In this document: one piece after another, positions 56,062-63,731 of the stretch
Position numbering within the stretch: the first letter of the stretch is position 1
Layout: each line of letters begins with the position of its first letter
From: a virus
Length of the DNA: 64,000 bases
Direction: 5' to 3' (one strand)
Virus record (IMG/VR): IMGVR_UViG_3300009177_000720
Translations under genes and position numbers: made by a program
The notes under the pieces: model-generated
Told to the model about the DNA's origin: nothing
Databases searched by the model: none
Seen by the model: only the letters and a program-made list of their open reading frames with translations

Positions 56062-57060
56062 TCAGAATTTATTGACGAAGTGGGAAATGATATGGAAATG
56101 ATCTTCAAAGAACTCTGACTCCCTAGTAGCCAGGTCACTCAAAGACATCCACCACGCTTTGTCGGCATCATCGGAACCCTTCACAATAGGAAGTGGCCCA
56201 TTACCGAGGTCAATCAGAAATGCATGGGTAATTGTTCTGCCTCTCAAAGAGCGCTCAGGGTAATCAAACACCTTCTGCTCAACGATTGCCTTCTCCAATT
56301 CATCCTTGGAAATCTTAATTCCAGTTTCTTCCTTAAGTTCTCTTAGGGCACCTTCTTGAGTCGTTTCATACTGATTCAAAAATCCGCCAGGAAGAGCAAT
56401 CAATCCTCTGCCAGGGCTACCTTTACGACGGACAGTGAGAACGTGACCACTTCTAATCACGATACAATCCACGGTCACAAAGGTAGGAGGGAAAGGAGCG
56501 CCATCCCAAGAAGCACGATAATTCTTGACGAAATCGTATTCTTCCTTCAAATTTTTGAAAGAGGTGGTCTTCTTAAAATCTTCAAGATATTGAACAATAC
56601 CAGTCGACACATGATTCTTGTAACCATTGTCGTGCGTAAAGTAAAGGCCGCGAATAGCAGTCGCATGCGGCATTCTATCAAGATTTCTCATCTTGAAAAA
56701 CTTCCACTGCGGGAAGTAACTAATTTCTCCGATGTCACAAATCTTGCTATCATCAACGCCATCGGTAGCATCGTAAACAAGCTGTTGAACTTCGGTCAAC
56801 CAACGATTGTTGGTGTACCAGTAATCTCTAACATACAGGAACTTGACGTGCGCCTTTTCCTCATCAGAGAGAGCTGAAAGAATCATCTCTTGACGCTGCT
56901 CGGCAGTCCAAGGATTCTGAACGTTGGGCGCCTTATTCGCGCTGCCAATCACGACCAGAACGGTCTCTGCAAGATTAAGTGCCTCTCTAACAAGCTCATG
57001 GTGTCCATGGTGGAAAGGCTGAAAACGACCAATACAAACGCAATAATCAAATGACTTCAT
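56062..57060 (-). CDS. nadM: bifunctional NMN adenylyltransferase / ADP-ribose pyrophosphatase (NadM-Nudix)
   Basis: IGRFQPFHHGH, NPW...R, HATAIR; Nudix box PGG....E...GALRELKEETG. Confidence 0.94.
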   Translation of the reverse strand: MKSFDYCVCIGRFQPFHHGHHELVREALNLAETVLVVIGSANKAPNVQNPWTAEQRQEMILSALSDEEKAHVKFLYVRDYWYTNNRWLTEVQQLVYDATDGVDDSKICDIGEISYFPQWKFFKMRNLDRMPHATAIRGLYFTHDNGYKNHVSTGIVQYLEDFKKTTSFKNLKEEYDFVKNYRASWDGAPFPPTFVTVDCIVIRSGHVLTVRRKGSPGRGLIALPGGFLNQYETTQEGALRELKEETGIKISKDELEKAIVEQKVFDYPERSLRGRTITHAFLIDLGNGPLPIVKGSDDADKAWWMSLSDLATRESEFFEDHFHIISHFVNKF

Positions 57061-57064
57061 AATA

Positions 57065-57107
57065 ACACTCTCCGTGTATCAACTGTGAAAGAACCCTCTC
57101 TGGGTTC
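57065..57107 (-). promoter_or_regulatory. tandem RGAGA-loop hairpins in the nadM leader
   Basis: GAACCC-AGAGA-GGGUUC then ACAC-GGAGA-GUGU 4 nt before ATG. Confidence 0.55.
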
Positions 57108-57153
57108 ACACTAGAATATAACAATATGCCTACCGGTTTTCTTGTCGCCGCCC

Positions 57154-57181
57154 AACGTAGATTTTTTAAAAATGGTGTCAA
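57154..57181 (-). promoter_or_regulatory. sigma70-like promoter TTGACA-N16-TACGTT
   Basis: Upstream of the NAD salvage operon. Confidence 0.6.
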
Positions 57182-57188
57182 GGGGACC

Positions 57189-57225
57189 AAATAAAAAAGG
57201 CAGTACACTCGAAAGCATACTGCCT
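57189..57225 (-). terminator. intrinsic terminator
   Basis: AGGCAGTA/TACTGCCT hairpin plus TTTTTATTT on the minus strand. Confidence 0.8.
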
Positions 57226-57246
57226 GATTCTAAATGTAGGTAGTAA

Positions 57247-58224
57247 TTATACTCTTAGATATGATTGAATTGGTTCTGGAGCTGACTTCTCTCTTGGGAA
57301 AGCGCGACCAGAGAACTCACCAATTCTTGGAGTAGAACCAAGATTGATATTCATTTTCTTTTGGTCACCTGGGAAACCAGAAGCGTGTGGCATTGGGACA
57401 TTGGCCTGACGTAGCTTTGCTACTAAATCATCCCACCATAGGTATCTAACTCGAACCGTCTCAGTGAAGACCGGCTTAATCAAACCGGCCACATAAGTAA
57501 TCTTTTGGTCAACGTGCTGACCGGCTCCAACTGCCACAAGGCTTTCTAGAGACTTAGTCTCACCTCTAGTGACAGACTCTCCCAAGCTAGCAGAAAAGGA
57601 TGCATCAGTACCAGCATTGAAGCTACAGTTTTGCACAGACAAACTACCAGCGGCAGATCCTCCAGCACTGTCAGAATTCAAAATAACATTAGAGCCATAA
57701 GTAATTCCACCAGCAGTATTGCCTCCCCATGTTGGGTAATAATCATAATCAGCAATCCTACGAACAGTAATTGGATAATGGTAGTAAATAGCTGGAACTG
57801 GATTTACCTTAATTGGTTCAACGTGACCTTCAGTATAAACTGCGGCTGCAATAATACCACGACTAGACATATCGCCATGAGTATGGATAGCTACGCTATT
57901 ATTGGCGCTGGTGAAAACTAGTTGGGCTCCACCATTGTTAGTTTCAGGCCAAGCTTTAAGAGAAAGGGTACCATATCCGTTGACTACCCACATATCCTTA
58001 GAGGCATCGGTAGTGGCTGGCTCTCCAGTTAATAGGTCTGTTCCATCGACAGTTAACTTGACTTGTAATTTTTGCCAGGTGTGGTTGGTAAACTTAATTT
58101 CGAATGGCTCATCGCCCCAAGCTCCAACAGTATCAATGCCGTCTACGTAATATTTACGGAGGCTCTTGTTTTTGAAGGTTGGGTGGTGGCTAATAACTTC
58201 TAGTGTGTAATTCTGGTGTGACAT
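57247..58224 (-). CDS. hypothetical protein
   Basis: 325-aa ORF with own SD and terminator. Confidence 0.7.
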   Translation of the reverse strand: MSHQNYTLEVISHHPTFKNKSLRKYYVDGIDTVGAWGDEPFEIKFTNHTWQKLQVKLTVDGTDLLTGEPATTDASKDMWVVNGYGTLSLKAWPETNNGGAQLVFTSANNSVAIHTHGDMSSRGIIAAAVYTEGHVEPIKVNPVPAIYYHYPITVRRIADYDYYPTWGGNTAGGITYGSNVILNSDSAGGSAAGSLSVQNCSFNAGTDASFSASLGESVTRGETKSLESLVAVGAGQHVDQKITYVAGLIKPVFTETVRVRYLWWDDLVAKLRQANVPMPHASGFPGDQKKMNINLGSTPRIGEFSGRAFPREKSAPEPIQSYLRV

Positions 58225-58310
58225 GTGTTCTCCTTAGGTCAATAAACCCTTAATCACACATATATCATATCTTTCATAGAAATTATCACTTTTTATCAGT
58301 AATTTCAAAT

Positions 58311-59594
58311 TCAGCCATTTTCGAATAGCGAAATGTATCTCTTGGCAACATTTTCCCAAGTATTTTCATTTAGATAATCAATTTGGACATTAATTTGATT
58401 TTCACGGTGCTTGTGGTTAAGGAACAAAGCCTCCAAAGCATTGGCAATTTCTTCTGGGGAATCTGCCTTAATAGTTGGTAAATCCGAGAAATGATTGACA
58501 GAAGAGGTGACAACTGGTAACCCTTTAGACATAGCAATGCGGGCTGCGCCGGATGCTCCAAAGACTTCATGGGCCGGATGAGAGATATACGGGAACAATG
58601 TGGCTTGATTAGTTCTCATATAGCTATCGATGGACTCTTCAGATTGATATCCTCTAATGATAGCAACATTTTCTTCTAAACCTAGTTTTTCTACAAGCTC
58701 CATCAACTCATCATAGTATATTTGATGTTCTGATTTGTTGTGGGGCGACTCTGAAAATAATCCTGTAAAGAAAACATCTGAGTGACGTTGCTTTAAAATA
58801 GATACGGCTTTAATAGAATTCTCCCAGCCCTTATATCTAAATCCAAATCCAAACTGAAGAAATGTCTTTTCAGATTTATAAAAATTCCAAAGGCGCTCTC
58901 TGTTAGTACATGGAAAACAACCGTGAGGAATAACATATACCTTGCCTGGAATATGCTTCTGGTTCTTTAGAACGTCTTTAGCTCCCTCTAAATGGACAAC
59001 AATTTCTGGGATAGCTGCCTCAACGATTGTCTTATCTCGGTGATGGAAGACGGAGTGCATTGTAACGATGACACGGTAATCTGAAAGTTGATTCATCAAC
59101 GATAGCCAGTACATGGCATTAGGCCACAATCCAAACTCATGTTGAATCCAAATTACATCTGGGTCATATGCCTTAAGCTCTTTGATTAGTTCTTGTAATG
59201 AATGTCCACGTTTCCAGCAAGCGATGATCTTATCTGATGACATTGTCATGTCACCAATTTCAGTAAGCTCCCCAGTCGTGCTATCATTATTCTCAATGAA
59301 TAATTTATAATCACCAACGTGTTTAATAACTTGAGACCATAAATTTTCTGCGTAAGTAGCAATTCCGCATTTCATTTTCCAATTGCCAACTAAAGCAATT
59401 TTCATTTTCTTAGCACATTTTCTGGCTAATTTAGAAACTATTTTACCATTCTTGAATTTACAATGAGTAATTAAATCTATTGATGGAATGTGTGATAGTT
59501 CGTCTGGAACTTCCACTACAAACAGGTCATCGCTGGCGAACAAGTCATTAGATATTACGACAATCTTATTATTTTTGATTCCTGCAAAGCGCAT
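58311..59594 (-). CDS. GT-B (GT4-like) glycosyltransferase
   Basis: CGIATY, IQHEFG, VIPHG, FGF..RYKG.E, ASGA...A.S.G.PVVTS. Confidence 0.85.
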   Translation of the reverse strand: MRFAGIKNNKIVVISNDLFASDDLFVVEVPDELSHIPSIDLITHCKFKNGKIVSKLARKCAKKMKIALVGNWKMKCGIATYAENLWSQVIKHVGDYKLFIENNDSTTGELTEIGDMTMSSDKIIACWKRGHSLQELIKELKAYDPDVIWIQHEFGLWPNAMYWLSLMNQLSDYRVIVTMHSVFHHRDKTIVEAAIPEIVVHLEGAKDVLKNQKHIPGKVYVIPHGCFPCTNRERLWNFYKSEKTFLQFGFGFRYKGWENSIKAVSILKQRHSDVFFTGLFSESPHNKSEHQIYYDELMELVEKLGLEENVAIIRGYQSEESIDSYMRTNQATLFPYISHPAHEVFGASGAARIAMSKGLPVVTSSVNHFSDLPTIKADSPEEIANALEALFLNHKHRENQINVQIDYLNENTWENVAKRYISLFENG

Positions 59595-59607
59595 TGTCCT
59601 ACCACCC

Positions 59608-60570
59608 TCATGTCATCAAACCTATAACAGTCTGAGCCAATCTATCAAATATATTTCGATCTATTGGTAGAACTTGATCTACTTTCGTTTGTAGCGTATT
59701 ATTTAGTTCTTCAATCAGGCGACTCTTGGAAATTCCGTAATAAGGAAGTGTTGGGCCGGTGACGTTTTTTAATTTATCATGATGATGAATGGTGAGGCTT
59801 GGTGTCCCAGCTAACTCAGCTAGAATAGCGCCATGAAATCTTTGGGTAATGACTGCTTGATATTGAGATATTAACTTAGCAGCAGAGTCTAAAGTAGTAT
59901 GTCTTTTCAAAAGATATTTGCAACTGCGATGTTTCATCCTGTTGATGATTTCAACAGCGGCCCAGCAATCATTTAATTCGTCATTGACGCACATGGGTAG
60001 GAAATTTATTTTATACCCATCTTCATATAATTGATCTAATAATTGAGAAAACTCTGTCTTGAAGTAATCCCATGAAACATGTTTCCAATGTGGATCATTC
60101 CATTTCGGAACAACCGAGATATTGGGAAGAACCAAAACGGATTTATCAATCTTAGGCAAAGTATTAGTTACAGAAAGTAACTGGACTAAATCAGGAATAA
60201 CAATACAGTTTGAGTTAATCTCTTTAACTTTATCTAAATTAACTGTAGTCCTAATCGCCACAAGCTGTGCCACGGCCATTATCTCTTTATGAGATTCATG
60301 AATGGCAGTCTCGGCTCCAACACCAATATAGAATACTTTATTCTTTTTAACGGCTTCAATAGTCTTTTTGTCTGCTATCTTAAGCGACTCTCCAAGGAAA
60401 GAGCCTCCGCCTAGAAAAATAGCATCAGCACCTTCCACCTGGGAAAGTGTTATTTTATCTGTGAAAGTAAAACTAAATGTCGGGAACAACTGCTGAAATG
60501 CATCTCGAAACAAATCGTCTCCCAAGTTGCCTTTGTTATACCATCCGTATACAAGGACTTTAGAGGACAT
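59608..60570 (-). CDS. polysaccharide pyruvyl transferase family protein
   Basis: GWYNKGNLGDDL, GGGSFL, PDLV, RFHGAILA. Confidence 0.85.
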   Translation of the reverse strand: MSSKVLVYGWYNKGNLGDDLFRDAFQQLFPTFSFTFTDKITLSQVEGADAIFLGGGSFLGESLKIADKKTIEAVKKNKVFYIGVGAETAIHESHKEIMAVAQLVAIRTTVNLDKVKEINSNCIVIPDLVQLLSVTNTLPKIDKSVLVLPNISVVPKWNDPHWKHVSWDYFKTEFSQLLDQLYEDGYKINFLPMCVNDELNDCWAAVEIINRMKHRSCKYLLKRHTTLDSAAKLISQYQAVITQRFHGAILAELAGTPSLTIHHHDKLKNVTGPTLPYYGISKSRLIEELNNTLQTKVDQVLPIDRNIFDRLAQTVIGLMT

Positions 60571-60571
60571 G

Positions 60572-60844
60572 TTAGTAGTATGCTACCCAGAAAATTTCCC
60601 TGACATCATAGACTTGCCACTTGATTTTTAGAACATAGGTGTGATGACCTTGGAAATTTCTATGAACTTCCCATTCTAATTCATCATTGTGGTGATGGTG
60701 GTGATGTGGATCACAAGGATGTGGATGATGTGGCTTATGTTTAAAAGCGACCTCCACCCTGTGAGGGAAGTCGATTAGTGGAATGTCTACGTGGTCAGCG
60801 CCGACAACCACAAATTCGCCGCTCTCTTCGTTTTTTCTTCTCAT
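60572..60844 (-). CDS. His-rich hypothetical protein
   Basis: HKPHHPHPCDPHHHHHH. Confidence 0.6.
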   Translation of the reverse strand: MRRKNEESGEFVVVGADHVDIPLIDFPHRVEVAFKHKPHHPHPCDPHHHHHHNDELEWEVHRNFQGHHTYVLKIKWQVYDVREIFWVAYY

Positions 60845-60879
60845 ATTCTCTCCTAGACGAGTTGTGCCTTTATGCCTAA

Positions 60880-61497
60880 TTATTCCAGCATCTTGAAGAG
60901 ATTTTCATTTCCTTTACAGTATACTCGGAGTTTTTCGAGCCAAGCTGTAGATTTAATTTTGAACATCACTGGCATTCTTGCGTTAGAGTCGCTGGCGCCT
61001 TTACAGACAACACCTTCACACGTCATTCCAGTCAGTGTAGACTGTTTAACCTTGTCGAATAGCTCTGTAGTGACCCTTCCCTCATAAAGAACCTTTGGGA
61101 TGTCCAGGTGACCAAAATACTTAATAAATTGAGCTGGCTCCAAGATACCCTCCTTGTAAGGGTTAGCATCGATAAGGGTTACAGTTAGGTCTTCTTCAAA
61201 ATTGTGGTTGCCGGCAAAAGAGCTGGGGCCATGCAATTCAAAAAAGCAAATAATATCACGCCAACCTTGTTCTTTAAAAACCATAGCAATGTCCGATTCA
61301 TATTTATCACGGACCAGTTTAATGGCTCTACCGAACGGTTTGGATGACTCATCAATGAGTTGATTTTTAGTGCCGAACTTATAGAATCCTTTTTTGGAAT
61401 TCCATTCAGCGCGGATGTTGGAGCCATCTAGCTTATCAAAAGCGTAGATGTGGATATCATGTCTAATTTCTTTAGTAATGGAAGGATAAGATTTCAT
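60880..61497 (-). CDS. RNA ligase-like nucleotidyltransferase
   Basis: Motif I KLDGSN, FFE, EGVV, C-terminal KIK. Confidence 0.7.
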   Translation of the reverse strand: MKSYPSITKEIRHDIHIYAFDKLDGSNIRAEWNSKKGFYKFGTKNQLIDESSKPFGRAIKLVRDKYESDIAMVFKEQGWRDIICFFELHGPSSFAGNHNFEEDLTVTLIDANPYKEGILEPAQFIKYFGHLDIPKVLYEGRVTTELFDKVKQSTLTGMTCEGVVCKGASDSNARMPVMFKIKSTAWLEKLRVYCKGNENLFKMLE

Positions 61498-62135
61498 AGG
61501 AAAGGTTTTAATATGTTAGAGATAAATTTTACAAAAGTTGCATTAATGGTATTGTTGTGCTCAGACTTATGTTCTTCACAAGAAGAATACTCGCTGAATT
61601 CATCACTAAACAATACAGTGTAAATTGCTTTATTGGGACAATCTTTTACTGAGTTGCACATCTTGTTCAGATATGCCTCATGAAAGCCTCCCAGTCTTTT
61701 CCATTCGCGATATTCATAATAATTTTGATCAGCTTCCCAACTGCCGTTTTCACCCTCAACATATCCTAGTCCCCCATCTGGAGTATTGCCCATCTCCAAT
61801 TCAGTAATGGTTGGCTTGATTTTGCATAGCATAAATAATTTACGCAAACATAACTCGCAAAAACTAAAAGTATATCCAGTCATATCCAGAAGGTGTTCGG
61901 AGTCATATCCGCCATCTACTCTGGCTTTATAAAGCCCGTTCGGGGCTTGAGAGTTAGAGTTGCCCGCATCCAAAGGGCACATTGATTCGCCACATAGGTT
62001 ACAGAGAATCTCATCAGGAGAAATTACCAGGCGCGTATTATTACAGCGACGGCACGGACGCTCGTTCCAATCATGTTCGGGCTGACTCTCCAGGACCCAT
62101 TCACACAGCAGGCATTTAACGTAGGTATGTTCCAT
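61494..62135 (-). CDS. Cys-rich hypothetical protein
   Basis: Several CxxC motifs. Confidence 0.6.
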   Translation of the reverse strand: MEHTYVKCLLCEWVLESQPEHDWNERPCRRCNNTRLVISPDEILCNLCGESMCPLDAGNSNSQAPNGLYKARVDGGYDSEHLLDMTGYTFSFCELCLRKLFMLCKIKPTITELEMGNTPDGGLGYVEGENGSWEADQNYYEYREWKRLGGFHEAYLNKMCNSVKDCPNKAIYTVLFSDEFSEYSSCEEHKSEHNNTINATFVKFISNILKPFL

Positions 62136-62142
62136 AATAAAT

Positions 62143-62176
62143 TAAAAGCCGCCTTATCATAACCATGACAGGCGGC
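62143..62176 (-). terminator. probable intrinsic terminator after groES
   Basis: GCCGCCT/AGGCGGC stem plus TTTT on the minus strand. Confidence 0.6.
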
Positions 62177-62198
62177 CTGTAAAGACAAAAAGTTTTGC

Positions 62199-62486
62199 TT
62201 ATCTAACAACGCAAAGGATTTGGTCTTCTCTTAGAACAAGAGCAGTCTCCCCGCCATCTGTTAGTTCGGTAGCAAAATTTCTGTTAAAAACAACGGTATC
62301 GCCAACCTTGACTTCCAATGGAATAATGGTTCCATCTGAAGCAACTCGACCAGAGCCAACTGCCAAAACAGTTCCTCTGACAATCTTGGATTCAGAAGCG
62401 GTAGCTGGCCTGTAAATCATGCCAATCTTTTCCTCTTCTGCTTGCTTGGTAACTAGAATAAAATCTCTCAATGGTTGAATGCTCAT
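62199..62486 (-). CDS. groES: co-chaperonin GroES
   Basis: IQPLRD, G.VLAVGSG, PLEVKVGD.V, LRE.QIL. Confidence 0.9.
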   Translation of the reverse strand: MSIQPLRDFILVTKQAEEEKIGMIYRPATASESKIVRGTVLAVGSGRVASDGTIIPLEVKVGDTVVFNRNFATELTDGGETALVLREDQILCVVR

Positions 62487-62510
62487 ATGAACTCCTTGAG
62501 CAATAATATA

Positions 62511-63044
62511 TCACTCGCTATCAGCTTCGATTATTCTAATCAATTGCTCAAAGCAAAACTTAATTCTTTTGCGGTCAGCCATTTCACCGAACTTGATTTC
62601 AAACTGATACATGTTTTCATAATCAGTAAAGTCCATGCCCCTTATCTTTAAAACGTGGCAGGCTTGCTGAATAATGGCCAAAGGAACTACTTGCTCCGAT
62701 GTATTAACGGATTTGGGCAAGCATTCTTCTTTAGCAATATTAAGTATCTTGATTTTTAGATTGTTGAAATATAACTTTTTATATTTATCAATTTTATCAT
62801 CAGGCCAATTAAATTGCTTACAATAATCAAAAAATGGTTTGTTTCCTCTTTTGTTATTGTGTTCTGAACAAGATACTGTTAAGTTGGTAGTATTGAAAGT
62901 TCCTCTACGACTGTCTGGAACAATATGTTCCATAGTAACAGTTTCCATTGTAAGAGGTTTATCACAGTAACAGCAAATTAGCCCGTCCCTATTGATAACA
63001 TATTCTTTGATTCTCTTTTGTCTTTTTCGCTCTTGGGCTCCCAT
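62511..63044 (-). CDS. HNH endonuclease
   Basis: RDG..CCYC, T.EHIVP.S..G, NL..SC..HN..RGN. Confidence 0.82.
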   Translation of the reverse strand: MGAQERKRQKRIKEYVINRDGLICCYCDKPLTMETVTMEHIVPDSRRGTFNTTNLTVSCSEHNNKRGNKPFFDYCKQFNWPDDKIDKYKKLYFNNLKIKILNIAKEECLPKSVNTSEQVVPLAIIQQACHVLKIRGMDFTDYENMYQFEIKFGEMADRKRIKFCFEQLIRIIEADSE

Positions 63045-63053
63045 AATTTTTCC

Positions 63054-63731
63054 TCATAATCCGGATAAGTGTGCATGATCGTTAATACTTAATAATCTCC
63101 AACCCTCCTTTCCAAAATATAACTTAGACATAGAAGTATTTTCAATAGTTACCTTCCATGTAAAGCTTTGATCAAATCCCATTATATAATGCAATAAACA
63201 TTTGATAGTCATTCCATGACTAAACAAAAATATATTCTGTGGCCTTTCCCCTCTACTATGAAGGGCTTTAGCATTTTCAATAATATCCTTATTATATAGG
63301 ATATTTTCCTCTACCCACAGAGACGCTCGACGCTCAACCTGATGTAGGGACTCACCATTGGGAGGCAAAAACCCATGAGCCATCAAACCCATACGGGCTT
63401 GGACTGGTAGCGTAATGGTGTCTTTTCTAGATGCATTGGTCCAATCACCAGCGCTGTATTCCCTTAAGTCTTCAGCTATATTAATTCCGGTATGAGGAAC
63501 GCTAAGCAATGCAATCTTGGCGGTATCATGTGCTCTAGTATAGTGAGAAGAATAAACTAAATCAATTCCCTTCTCTTCCTTAGCGAGACGGGTACCTAGT
63601 AGCTCCGCTTGCTTTCGACCCTTATCGGACAACGGAGTGTAGCTTTCCTGGCCCATCAGGTCGGGATTGGCATTAGTGGTTGACTGCCCATGTCGGACTA
63701 AAGTTAAATAAAATTCATTATAATCGAGCAT
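63054..63731 (-). CDS. histidine phosphatase (phosphoglycerate mutase family)
   Basis: LVRHGQS, SS...RA..TA, LRE...G.W, SHG, NTS. Confidence 0.9.
   Translation of the reverse strand: MLDYNEFYLTLVRHGQSTTNANPDLMGQESYTPLSDKGRKQAELLGTRLAKEEKGIDLVYSSHYTRAHDTAKIALLSVPHTGINIAEDLREYSAGDWTNASRKDTITLPVQARMGLMAHGFLPPNGESLHQVERRASLWVEENILYNKDIIENAKALHSRGERPQNIFLFSHGMTIKCLLHYIMGFDQSFTWKVTIENTSMSKLYFGKEGWRLLSINDHAHLSGL

Noticed and set aside
55738-57080. NrtR DNA operator upstream of NAD genes
   Set aside because: The palindromes do not fit GT-N7-AC and vary by compensatory pairs, favouring an RNA structure
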